Shown piece after piece: positions 40,461-53,307 of a stretch of 64,000 bases of DNA (position 1 is the stretch's first letter; the number at the start of each line of letters is the position of its first letter). The notes under the pieces were generated by a model, which saw nothing but the letters and a program-made list of their open reading frames with translations, did no database searches and was not told the origin of the DNA. This DNA comes from Eledone cirrhosa. Taxonomy: Eukaryota. The position numbers and the translations under genes were made by a program. The DNA lies in assembly GCA_964016885.1 (NCBI GenBank), contig OZ024741.1, forward strand, positions 118,730,001 to 118,794,000, read 5' to 3'.

Positions 40461-40803
40461 AGTAATAAAGTAATACACACCAACACACACTCGCATATAT
40501 GTGTGTGTGTGTTAAATGTGTAACAACAGTTACAGGCGGCGCGCCGTTCGAAGCATTCAATGCTTTTACGGGGTCCGTTTCATTTTAGTTGTATTCCAGT
40601 GTTACGGCTGTAATGTGCAGAGTGTAAATAGATTTAAAAGAGTCGAAGTCAGTGTTGCAGCATATATACAAAGAATGTATCTGACCGGATCGATATCGAA
40701 ACAATTGTAATATGCAAATAAAGTTTGTACATATGCTGTAACACTGACTCTTTTAAATCCACGCACACATACACACACACATATATATATATTTATACAT
40801 ACA

Positions 40804-40834
<31 letters not shown>

Positions 40835-41001
40835 TTATAGATACAAACATGGTGGCTGCAAACTCTACTAAGGGTATTGCAATCGCTTGTCAGATTACAG
40901 AAAATGGTGCACCTTTAAGCAACGGCCAGCCACACGTACCTGTAACATATCCTGAACAAGCAAAGCCCGTGCTTTGAAGGTTTTTTAAGTGGTGAAAGGT
41001 C

Positions 41002-41042
<41 letters not shown>

Positions 41043-41426
41043 ATATATATATATACATATATATATATATTACTCTCTCCCTCGTTCCCTTTCATAGACA
41101 CACACAATCTATTCCCGTAGAAGTAATTTCTATATAAAATAATTGTTTCTACTTTTTGGCACAAGGCCAGCAATTACCTAGTGCATTACTGGTACTTTAT
41201 TATATCGACCCCGTAAGGATGAAAGGCAAAGTTAACCACGGCGGGATTTGAACTCAGAATGGCAAGGGCCGTAACTCTATGCGTCAAAGCATGGCGTCCG
41301 ACCCTCTACCGATACTGCCAATCCTTCTATATAAAATAATTGTTTCTACTTTTGGCACAAGGCCAGCAATTATCCCAGTACATTACTGGTACTTTATTTT
41401 ATCGACCCCGTATAAATATATATATA

Positions 41427-41828
41427 TAAGCAAAGGGATATTCAATTTGTTGGTAATTCAACAAATATATATATTTATAACTGATTCGAAGCACTCGACA
41501 GATTTTCTGGAGTATAATATCAATGATATTAATAAATGGAAACTATATTTATAAAACCATATTTATTCTATTATATATATTTCAAGGGTACCAAAACTTT
41601 GGTACGCCCTCATCAAATAAAATACAAAGTTTGTTTTATAAATATTGACATATATTGACAACGAGACCTTAACGGTTCAAGTTTTACCTGGATAGTAAAA
41701 GGAAAAAGGGGAAGAGAGGAAAAAAACAAATATTTCAAATTATTAAGATGAATATGCAAATGAGGTTGAGGCATAGGGCTGAAAAAAAACGTTATTTTTA
41801 GACGCTAGGTAGATTTAAATAATTATTA

Positions 41829-41871
<43 letters not shown>

Positions 41872-42063
41872 TAAACGGAATAGAAAATGCTGACAAATTG
41901 TTCACAGTTGAAAAATGGTTTAATTAGGAATAAAAGAGTATTAGTGATTGTATGGGTTAGTATTCAGTTGTGGTTTTAAGTTTTTAAGTTTTTACCGATT
42001 GCGCATTTCTAAATGCTTTTCAAAAATAATTTTGAGATAGAGTGTCCGTGCTGTTTGCTCTGA

Positions 42064-42103
<40 letters not shown>

Positions 42104-43079
42104 TATATTTTGAGAATAAACTCTCAGTCGTTTACAATAATTAAACTCCAGGAAGGGGCTCTTCCGAGCAGTTAAATACATTTAAAGTATATGATAAACA
42201 CGAAATGTGTTTACATTGCAACAGACAAAGTTAGCTATTAATGAAATAAACTAATAAAAGTGAATACAATTTGTCTGTCTCGATAGAAGTCAATAAAGAC
42301 AAGGTTATATTGGCAACTGCCATGATTCCTGGACATATTTAAATTTCAAAATTCAAACCTGTTCTGTAGACGAATTTGAACCTCGAAACCCAAATAAGTT
42401 TCGCAATGGTGGAATGTGAATTGAAAAATAAAGAGAATCGAAATGGAATAGAAATAAAAGAGTGAAATATCCAAATCATCTGTGCATATCAACAGGAATC
42501 CAGTAAGATTAGTCTATCACACATCAAAAATTTTGCAGGACTGACTACACGTGGGTAGGCAGGCCAAAACTAGCTATCCCACATTCACGGTGCTAGAAAT
42601 AACAGCCGCTTATGCAGGACTAAGGATCAGCTCTTACAATAAAAGAGCTATACATTATATTATATTTTGAGAATAAACTCTCAGTCGTTTACAATAATTA
42701 AGCTACCCACGTGTAGTCAGTCCTGCAAAATTTTTGATGTGTGATAGACTAATCTTACTGGATTCCTGTTGATATGCACAGATGATTTGGATATTTCACT
42801 CTTTTATTTCTATTCCATTTCGATTCTCTTTATTTTTCAATTCACATTCCACCATTGCGAAACTTATTTGGGTTTCGAGGTTCAAATTCGTCTACAGAAC
42901 AGGTTTGAATTTTGAAATTTAAATATGTCCAGGAATCATGGCAGTTGCCAATATAACCTTGTCTTTATTGACTTCTATCGAGACAGACAAATTGTATTCA
43001 CTTTTATTAGTTTATTTCATTAATAGCTAACTTTGTCTGTTGCAATGTAAACACATTTCGTGTTTATCATATACTTTAA

Positions 43080-43129
<50 letters not shown>

Positions 43130-43132
43130 TGA

Positions 43133-43167
<35 letters not shown>

Positions 43168-43200
43168 AGATAGAGTGTCCGTGCTGTTTGCTCTGATCTG

Positions 43201-43233
<33 letters not shown>

Positions 43234-43255
43234 ATATATATATATATATATATTG

Positions 43256-43296
<41 letters not shown>

Positions 43297-43970
43297 AGGA
43301 AGAAGAAAGAGAATTTAAAAAGATTGAAACGTTAAGAATTAACAGTTTGTTGGAGTGGTGGAATATGATTCCAGAATTTAAAAAACATTTAGCTAAATTA
43401 TGAGTTATAATATTGTATATATAATCAATTAGATTATATGAAGAATTATGGTTGTAAGTACATTTTATCTTATTATATTACAACAGGTTGTAAGTATATA
43501 AATATCTATATAGATTAATAAGGGTATAAATATAAGTATTATTGGTGATTATATAGATATAAAACAGACGTATTAATTTGTTTACATTTCTAATATGAGT
43601 TACGAAGAAAGTTGATTTTACATTTTACATATATATTTAAGAGAAAGACGTAGTTCAAATTATAAGAGAAGATCAATTTGTAGATTCTTTCTCTTTCTTC
43701 TTCCTATACATAGATATATATATATCCTAATAATTATTTAAATCTACCTAGCATCTAAAAATAACGTTTTTTTCCAGCCCTATGCCACAACCTCATTTGC
43801 ATATTCATCTTAGTAATTTGAAATATTTGTTTTTTCCTCTCTTCCCCATCTTCCTTTTACTATCCAGGTAAAACTTGAACCGTTAAGGTCTCGTTCCTGG
43901 ATATGTCAATATATATAACAAATTTTGTATTTTATCTGATGAGAGCGTACCAAAGTTTTGGTACCCTTGA
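41427..43970. mobile_element. Nested (TA)n-targeted insertions inside an inverted-repeat PLE remnant
   Basis: 41582-41830 is inverted against 43724-43970. Inside are a fold-back at 42097-43083 and a TIR-like element at 43295-43708. The tail 41427-41550 is homologous to 7340-7463. Confidence 0.7.
41563..41625 (-). ncRNA. Type I hammerhead; partial inverted copy with canonical CTGATGA at 43927-43970 (+)
   Basis: TATTTTAT [T/C]TGATGA GGGCGTACCAA-AGTT-TTGGTACCCTT GAA AT-ATAT-AT A ATAGAATA. Confidence 0.6.
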
Positions 43971-43993
43971 TATATATATATATATATATATAT

Positions 43994-44092
43994 GAGGATT
44001 TGATCAGAGGTAAACTCAGTATTTAAGGTCGAGTAACGCAACTTCGAGTGATTAGCGCCCTTTAGACTCACCTGATCAATGAAACAATTGTT
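43994..44092 (+). ncRNA. 5'-truncated hammerhead with a long helix II
   Basis: (TA)n GAGGA T TTGATCAG...CTGATCAA T GAA AC-AATT-GT T, with palindromic helix III. Confidence 0.5.
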
Positions 44093-44140
44093 AATTCTTG
44101 AAATAAAGCCCCTTGTTGTACAGCCCACCATGTTATTCTT

Positions 44141-44171
<31 letters not shown>

Positions 44172-44674
44172 TACTTTTTTCTTTTTCACAGACGCCCACT
44201 AACACTATCTATGTACAAAGCATGATATCAATCCTACTTCGTTTTAAGTATGCCTCGTAAAAAGTTCTTTTTACGATTCTCTACTGACATTAAACTCCTT
44301 GCAAAGATAAAAATTAAAATTTCACTCGGTGCCATTCAAAAAGAAACGTTGGAACAACAAACGAAGACAATATTTTTCAAGGAACTCTTTCAGTCTGTGT
44401 TGGATCTCCGTCGGTTTCGATGATAAATATTTCAGTTGTTGAAAGGGCCTACTCGTAAAATTAATATGCAAGTGGCTAAGCATTCCACAGGCACGTATGT
44501 CCTTAACGTTGTTCTTAGGAAATTCAGCGTGAAATAGTATATGACAAGGCTGGCACTTAGAATAACAGCTACAACTGAGCAGACTGGAAATAACGCACCG
44601 CTGAGAATATTGTTTTATGTTATTTCTCCTGTATTTATATTATTTAACCATAATAAATGAATATATGTATGTAT

Positions 44675-45090
44675 GAGGGTGATATTTGGAAAATCTGCGG
44701 GACGAAATACAAGACCCGGTGAAGGGCGGGAGGAACTCAGCAGAGTCAACAGCCATCCAAATAGTACTTTTTTTTCCACCTGGGAGTGAAAGGCCTCCAG
44801 TTATTGTCACAACACCTTTCTAAGAGAGGGAAACTATGAAAAAAACCTGCGGCTTCGGAAACATTCGATGATGTTAACCAGTTCTCCTTTTCGGGTAGTG
44901 TTTTCGATGCTCAGAGAGTGGGATTGGTCCAGTGCAAGGCCTTTCCCCACTTTAAAAAAACCCTTCAAAGCACAGGCATTGCTTGTTCAAGTTATATTAC
45001 AAGTTCGTGTGGCTGGCTGTAGCCTAAAGGTGCACCATTTTCTGTAATCTGACAAGCAATTGTAATACTCTTAGCAGAGTTTGCAGCCAC
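44675..45090 (+). mobile_element. Second RTE-related non-autonomous element, about 415 bp, in (TATG)n
   Basis: Ends in stem-loop ACTCT-TAGC-AGAGT plus TTGCAGCCAC(TATG)n. A 3' copy lies at 40851-41001 (-). Confidence 0.65.
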
Positions 45091-45106
45091 TATGTATGTA
45101 TGTATG

Positions 45107-45260
45107 TGGAAAGCACAACTCTCTTCTGTCACCTGTGTCGTAAACCATGCACATCTACAGCTGGTCTATAAAGTTATCTACGAAGTCATGGACGCGGATG
45201 GGATGACAATGAAGAATCAGTAAGAGATGGCAATCATCTGCGAAGAGGCTGCAATCCTCA
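45107..45260 (+). mobile_element. RTE LINE extreme 3' fragment
   Basis: LFCHLCRKPCTSTAGL*SYLRSHG zinc finger followed by a (TATG)n tail. Confidence 0.65.
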
Positions 45261-45325
45261 TGTATGTATGTATGTATGTATGTATGTATGTATGTATGTA
45301 TGTATGTATGTATGTATGTATGTAT

Positions 45326-45930
45326 GTCAGGTCATCAGTTGGTGCTACTGGTAACATGTTTCCCAGTACAACCTGTCCCATGGTCGGGTCGTTGGCGACT
45401 AAACTGGCAACCCCACCAAGGTTTCTTGGTGAGGAGGGTGACTTTGGACATCCTGCAGGACTAAAAACAAAACCTGTCAAAGGGCAAGGAACTCTTAAGA
45501 GTCAATGGCCATCCAAAATCACCGGGAGAGATGACCCCTTAGCCTTTGTCAAGGCAGAATTCTAGGAGAAGGAAAACTCTGATATAACACCTGCAACCCT
45601 GATGGTATCCAATGATGTTGACTTGTTCTTCTTTTTGGTAAATATCATCTTGGTTAAGAGAGTGGGACTGGCTTTGTGCAGTGCCTTTGCTCACTATAAA
45701 AGCTTCACGGCACAGGAATTGCTTTATATCTGGAGATCTCTCTGCACTTGTCGTCACATGGTACCATGGGCCCAGCACTATGTGTCAATGGTTGTCACAA
45801 GTGTAGTGTTTGTACCAGAGTTTTCAAGTTGCTGGCTGGACTAAAATGTCACTCGTTCAGCGCATTGGTAGGAGTTCTCCTACATGGATATAAAGTAGTG
45901 GCCGTACTCGAAAACGAGTTGGCAGCCACC
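45326..45930 (+). mobile_element. Approximately 605-bp RTE-related non-autonomous retroelement
   Basis: Same family as 38066-38673; flanked by (TATG)n. Confidence 0.85.
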
Positions 45931-46023
45931 ATATGTATGTATATATGTATATATATATGTATGTATATATGTATGTGTATATATATATGTATGTATATAT
46001 GTATATATGTATATACATATATA

Positions 46024-46562
46024 CGGGTCGTTGGCGACTAAACTGGCAACCCCTCCAAGGTTTCTTGGTGAGGAGGGTGACTTTGGACATCCTGCAGGAC
46101 TAAAAACAAAACCTGTCAAAGAGCAAAGGAGCTCTTAAGAGTCAATGGCCATCCAAAATCACCGGGAGAGAAGACCCCCTAGCCTTTGTCAAGGCAGAAT
46201 TCTAGGAGAAGGAAAACTCTGATATAACACCTGCAACTCTGATGGTATCCAATGATGTTGACTTGTTCTTCTTTTTGGTAAATATCATCTTGGTTAAGAG
46301 AGTGGGACTGGCTTTGTGCAGTGCCTTTGCTCACTATAAAAGCTTCACGGCACAGGCATTGCTTTATATCTGGAGATCTCTCTGCACTTGTCGTCACATG
46401 GTACCATGGGCCCAGCACTATGTGTCAATAATTGTCACAAGTGTAGTGTTTATACCAGAGTTTTGAAGTCGCTGGCTGGACTAAAAAGTCACACTCGTTC
46501 AGCGCATTCTCCTACATGGATATAAAGTAGTGGCCGTACTCGAAAACGAGTAGGCAGCCACC
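46024..46562 (+). mobile_element. 5'-truncated copy of the 605-bp element
   Basis: Begins at CGGGTCGTTGG and ends in a (TATG)n tail. Confidence 0.85.
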
Positions 46563-46649
46563 ATGTATGTATGTATGTATGTATGTATGTATGTATGTAT
46601 GTATGTATGTATGTATGTATGTATGTATGTATGTATTTATGTATGTATG

Positions 46650-47316
46650 TTCTGGTTTTATAATTTTATAAATTTTTACCAATAGAGAGTCAGTTTCTAA
46701 CAAGACTCTCTCATTGGAATTTACACAACATCAACTAGGTGGACATGTATGCATGTCTGCATGCATGCATGTGTATGCAGGTATGGATGTTATTGTATGT
46801 GTGCATATGCATATGCTTTGTATCTGTAAATGTGAACATGCAATTATTTGATGCAGAATTTTTGGAATATTTTACATATTTTTACTGTTCCATAAATGGA
46901 TTTACTAGTAATTTCTTAATTAGTCGTGTTTTTTCTGTTTCTGTGAAGCCCAGCTTCTCAACATCTGTATTGAGGCAGTTACTAGCATACCCCAGTGCCC
47001 CAATAACCACAGGCGTAAATCTGAAGGTATAGTCGGCGTGGAGTATCTGCAGGTTTCTCATCAGTTCTGTATAGATATTTTCCTTTTCGCTAATCTTTAA
47101 TATTATACTGACATCTGCTGGGCAGCTGACTTCCACTACTGTGCATACCTTCTTTTCCCTGTTCCATATCATTATATCTGGTCTGTTATGCTTGAATTTT
47201 ATTGGGGTTTTGATTGGAACATTCTAACAGTACATTCATATTATGTATGTGTATGTCTTTTTACATTGCTGTAACTTCTAATGTGTTTATTGTCGGGGCT
47301 ATCTGGTTACGGATTG
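46650..47316 (-). mobile_element. RLE-type non-LTR retrotransposon 3' fragment (R4/Dong-like)
   Basis: NVPIKTPIKFKHNRPDIMIWNREKKVCTVVEVSCP...EKENIY...PVVIGALG is a PD-(D/E)xK restriction-like endonuclease. Flanked by (CATA)n. Confidence 0.8.
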
Positions 47317-47348
<32 letters not shown>

Positions 47349-47390
47349 TGTATGTATGTATGTATGTATGTATGTATGTATGTATGTGTG

Positions 47391-47421
<31 letters not shown>

Positions 47422-47447
47422 GTATGAATATATGTATGTATGTGTAT

Positions 47448-48055
47448 GTCAGGTCATCAGTTGGTGCTACTGGTAACATGTATCCCAGTATAACCTGTCC
47501 CATGGTCGGGTCGCTGGCGACTAAACTGGCAACCCCACCAAGGTTTCTTGGTGAGGAGGGTGACTTTGGACATCCTGCAGGACTAAAAACAAAACCTGTC
47601 AAAGGGCAAAGGAGCTCTTAAGAGTCAATGGCCATCCAAAATCACTGGGAGAGATGACCCCTTAGCCTTTGTCAAGGCAGAATTCTAGGAGAAGGAAAAC
47701 TCTGATATAACACCTGCAACCCTGATGGTATCCAATGATGTTGACTTGTTCTTCTTTTTGGTAAATATCATCTTGGTTAAGAGGGTGGGACTGGCTTTGT
47801 GCAGTGCCTTTGATCACTATAAAAGCTTCACGGCACAGGCATTGCTTTATATCTGGAGATCTCTCTGCACTTGTCGTCACATGGTACCATGGGCCCAGCA
47901 CTATGTGTCAATAATTGTCACAAGTGTAGTGTTTGTACCAGAGTTTTCAAGTCGCTGGCTGGACTAAAAAGTCACACTCGTTCAGCGCATTGGTAGGGGT
48001 TCTCCTACATGGATATAAAGTAGTGGCCGTACTCGAAAACGAGTAGGCAGCCACC
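47448..48055 (+). mobile_element. Approximately 605-bp RTE-related non-autonomous retroelement
   Basis: The 3' part translates HKCSVCTRVFKSLAGLKSHTRSAHW*; (TATG)n tail. Confidence 0.85.
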
Positions 48056-48143
48056 ATGTATGTATGCATGTATGTATGTATGTATGTATGTATGTATGTA
48101 TGTATGTATGTATGTATGTATGTATGTATGTATGTGCGTGTGA

Positions 48144-48226
<83 letters not shown>

Positions 48227-48594
48227 CATACCCCGTAATTTAGTGGTACGGCAATAAGAGATAGTTAATATACAATAAGTACCAGATTCACAGAATAAGT
48301 ACTTGGGTCGACTTAGTTGTCTAATAATCGAAGCCAGCAAAAGAATTACAGAGTAAAACAGTATCAGAATCCATTGAAATCATTTTAGATACCGCCTACT
48401 AAATAAATCATTCGAGTAATACGAATCAGATTGTCTGAACTTTTGTTGTTGAAGGAGTTTTGATGTTAAAATAGAAGAATAAATAATAATAAATAATAAT
48501 AATAATAATAATGTAGAAGACTGAAGGAGCTTGAAGATGTTATTTCAAGTGTATTTGTTGTTTAATGTTTGAATATCTACTTTAAAGCACACAC

Positions 48595-48694
<100 letters not shown>

Positions 48695-48756
48695 CAACAA
48701 CAACAATAAAAATCAACCAGATTATTTTGTGTTAAGAAACTAATTAATTGCTGAGT

Positions 48757-48840
<84 letters not shown>

Positions 48841-49266
48841 TCAGCGAGAATCGTATTTCGGCCGGTAGAAAAAGCGAAACGGAACGCAAAATCGTAGACA
48901 TGATGGCAAGCGCTCCAATAGTTAAGAAAATTAGAGCTAAACAATATGTTAAAACGCCATACAAACTGAAAAAGTGGTCAAGAAGGCATTAACTACCTAG
49001 CCCAAAAAACAAATCAAGCTAAACAGTTCAAACAAAATAAATGATAAAAACAGACCTGGACCCAAATGGAATTGGTGGTAAAATCCAAATGCAGGGTTTC
49101 TATGACACCTACATCAATAATACTGTCTGCTTAAAACTATAAGCTTTTAGCATAATGATCGAACAAGGAATATCACGTTATCAACAGGTATTTTGCTCTG
49201 CAACCAACTTTGTGAATGACGTAGAACTTTGTAAAAGCACATGTGTAACTCACAAGGGGAAAAACC

Positions 49267-49314
<48 letters not shown>

Positions 49315-49533
49315 TTAATTTTCAGAATTTGTCATCTTATCATTACTCAGTGTAAAACCAACATTGCTTTAGTTGTATGTATTCGCAATGCAGGCCAGGA
49401 TTTGAGTCATTATCGTGTAGGTTTAAAAACCTCGGTATTACTTCCTTTTCAATGTACTCTTTGGTCAGATTCCGACGAGATTCTGGTAAATATAGGTACC
49501 AGTCCAGTATTAGGCTCGATTCTTCTTCTTTTT

Positions 49534-49575
<42 letters not shown>

Positions 49576-49734
49576 TATGTAGATCCCGTTAGGGGTGAAA
49601 GCAGTGATCTTTGCTTAAACTTTAATGTTATTTTAATAAATATTTGCTCTAGGGTTATTATATATTTGATATATATTCATCCTTATCGAGCCCTCTTTGG
49701 ATTTTAGTCTTCAAATTTATTATTATTACTATAT

Positions 49735-50045
49735 ATCATCATTATCAGGTCGAGCTTGCTCGGTTTTCTACGACACGCTTCCTCCATCCATCTCTGTCTC
49801 TCATAGCGTTTGCCAGTTCTTCCGCAGTGCATCCAGTATCGTCCTTAAGTTGCTTGACGTATGTCAAATAAGGATCTCTATGGCAATATATCACCTATCA
49901 GCAGGTCAATACGTGGACAGAGACTCAGATTTGCTGGCCACTGTTGGCGCAGAAAGGAAGAAATAGCAGGTGATGTGTTGTTATGGAGTCCATCTCATGG
50001 AGCAAGAAACGCTGGTCGTCCCAAGAAGACATACGTCAAGCAACT
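49735..50045. mobile_element. RTE-like LINE fragment with 5' inversion
   Basis: Plus strand 49861-50045 reads QRLRFAGHCWRR...GRPKKTYVKQL. Minus strand 49735-49865 reads TYVKQLKDDTGC...RDGWRKRVVENRASST* plus a TGA-rich tail. Confidence 0.85.
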
Positions 50046-50053
50046 ATATATAT

Positions 50054-50144
50054 ACAGGGTGTACCCCCCCCCCCAAAAAAAAAATGTATATACACTTTGA
50101 TTAGAATGCTGTTAAAGTGTGTAGACATTTTTTGGGACACACTG
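50054..50144. mobile_element. Tc1/mariner-type MITE
   Basis: TA|CAGGGTGTACCC...GGGACACACTG|TA. Confidence 0.7.
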
Positions 50145-50188
<44 letters not shown>

Positions 50189-50200
50189 AATAAGCAAAGA

Positions 50201-50245
<45 letters not shown>

Positions 50246-50591
50246 CATATATAGTTCAAGGAGACAACAAACAGAGGTACAAAAATACTTATTAGTTTCA
50301 CGCTTTATATTGGAAAGAGTTCGACGTGGCAATCTTTGTATATCGAACCTGGATATTTACCTAAGCCTTGTGACTGCTCTATTTACCATCCTGTCCAGCC
50401 ATTGAATTACCCACGGACCTTCAATATTAGGATATATATGTATGTGTGTGTATATGTATCTGTGTGTGTGTGTGTTTTCCGGATCCAATCGGGGGTAACC
50501 ATAGTAAGTAAGGTACTCAATACATAGCAGAGTATAAATGTTTAATATAGAAATGGCTTCTACAGGACTAGAACTGTTTCATTCGAAGGAA

Positions 50592-50644
<53 letters not shown>

Positions 50645-50701
50645 GTATATATATATGTATATATATATATATGTATATATATATTTATATATATATATAT
50701 T

Positions 50702-50896
<195 letters not shown>

Positions 50897-51870
50897 TGAT
50901 TTAAAACTTCACTATTCACAAGTGTTTTTTAACTTTCATATCATGTATCCCTATTTTATCTGACGAAAACGCAAATGTCATCTCATGATGATATTTGTTT
51001 TTGATATTATGCGCATAATAAAATACATGGAACTCTTTTATATATATATAGGAAAATGTATGATCCCGACAGCAGAGCTCAAGCCGCTTCGACGGCTATT
51101 TCTGGACTGAAATAGCCGTCGAAACCGTTTATAATTGATAATAATTGTTTCTACTTTTGGCACAAGGCCAGCAATAACCCAGTACATTACTGGTACTTTA
51201 TTTTATCGACTCCGTAAGGATGAAAGGCAAAGTTGACCTTAGCGGGATTTGAACTCAGAATGGTAACAGCCGTAACTCTATGCGTCAAAGCATGACGTCC
51301 GATACTGCCAATCCACTTCACAAATAGTGATAATAATAATAATAAAAATAAAAAGGGGAAGAACAATTAATTTTCACATACATGTTCATTCAGAGAAGAG
51401 AGTTCATTTCTCTGTCTATCCTTCTCTGCTATCGAAGACATCGGGTGCCAGGTATAAAATGCATAAAAATAAAACAGGCCGTATATCACAACGGTGCGTC
51501 TATGTCTCCTTTAGGGTTTATAGCACCAGTGGACAGGAAAGATATGGTATAGTATACATGGGGTAAAAGCTGAAAAAAACAAATTCAAAGTAGGCCATTT
51601 CAAGAAGTTACAGATCGCTGCGATTAGCTATTGTCAGTATCATTATTATTATTATCAACGTTCTTAGTTTTCAGTTTTGTCTTAGAAGTGATTAAATTTC
51701 ACACCAACTTTTCATTATAAACTAAAAGAATAAAAAAAAAAGGAAACCGACGACAAACAATAAAATAATTTTATAAAAAAAACACGCTGTAACTGCTTAT
51801 TTTATCTTGGGTGTGGGGATGGGGGGCTTTAAATAAATTATACCCGAAAGATTTATTAATGTCTACTCAA

Positions 51871-51979
<109 letters not shown>

Positions 51980-52229
51980 CATACTCATATATGTATATAA
52001 ACAAACATATATATATATACAAATATATATATACATACACACACCGACACACACACTCACACACACATATATATATAAAGAATATAAAAATTAAATTAAA
52101 GAATAAAATAAATGAAGAAGTTAATGAATAAATAAAGATGTGATGAGCTGACTGTACGTGAAGGTAATTAAAAAATTGAAAAGAATAGTTAAGAAAATTA
52201 CTGAATGATTATTATAAAATTTGGGGTAG

Positions 52230-53110
52230 TATGGCGGAGGATTGTCAGCGTCGTTAGATAAATACTTAACAGTATCTGTTCCAGCTCATTATGTTCTGAA
52301 TTCCAATCCCTCCGAAATCAGCGTTACCTTTTATTTTCCTAGAGCCGGGGTGGGGGTAGTTCATAAAATAAGGAAGCAGTCAAGTACTTGGGCCGATACA
52401 ACCGATTTTTGCTTTCCCTAAAATTTGCGGACCTTCAGCCAATCGGGCAACATCCTTCGCAGCTTAGAGTTACGGCCCTTATGTTCTGAGTTCAAATCCC
52501 GCCGAGGTTAGCTTTGCTTTTCATCCTTACGGTCTTGATAAAACATAGCACCAGTAATGCACTGGGGTCGATTTAATCGACTTTTCCCTTACACCAAAAT
52601 TATTGGCCTTGCGCTTAAATTAAAAAAAAACATTATTAAATTACAGGTGGATTGGCAGTATCGGTAGAGGGTCGGACGCCATGTTTTGCAGCAAAGAATT
52701 ATGGCCCTTTATGGTCTGAGTTCAAATCCTGCCGAGGTTAACTTTGCCTTTAATCCTTACGGGGTCGATAAAATAAAGTACCAGTAATGTACTGGGTAAT
52801 TGCTGGCCTTGTGCCAAAAGTAGAAACAATTATTAAATTACAGGTACTGTGTTCAAATCCCACCGAGCTTAGCTTTGCTTTTCATCCTTACGGTCTTGAT
52901 AAAACATAGTACCAGTAATGCACTGGTTCGATTTAATCGACTTTCTCCTCCTTCAAATTTTGCTGACTTTGTGCCAAGATAAGAATATGATTAAAACAGT
53001 GAATAAAAGTGATTAGAATGCGTTCTGAATTCAAATCAGACTGGACACAACTTTGCCTTTCATGCCTTCGAGATCGATAAAAAATATACCAGTCGCGTAG
53101 TGGGGTCTAT
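52230..53110 (+). mobile_element. Tandem array of SINE family A
   Basis: Four to five repeated SINE bodies. Confidence 0.8.
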
Positions 53111-53249
53111 TTTTTCTCTATATCTCTTTCTCACTTCCTCTATCTTTCTCTGGAAGAAATCTGCTGTACTCAGAACTTCAGGGGAGATGAGTACATCGCA
53201 ACAGACACACATATTAGTTTTAAACGCTTTACTTCTCCCCTCCCTTCCT

Positions 53250-53307
<58 letters not shown>

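Noticed and set aside
47448-47535. HDV-like ribozyme at the 5' end of the 605-bp element
   Set aside because: GGG-hairpin-CUAA and some pairings are present, but I could not build the P1/P3/P1.1 nested pseudoknot by hand, so it is left unassigned.
45539-47967. Repeated 79-aa ORFs (MLGPWYHV...) as a gene family
   Set aside because: They are antisense frames of the 605-bp retroelement copies.
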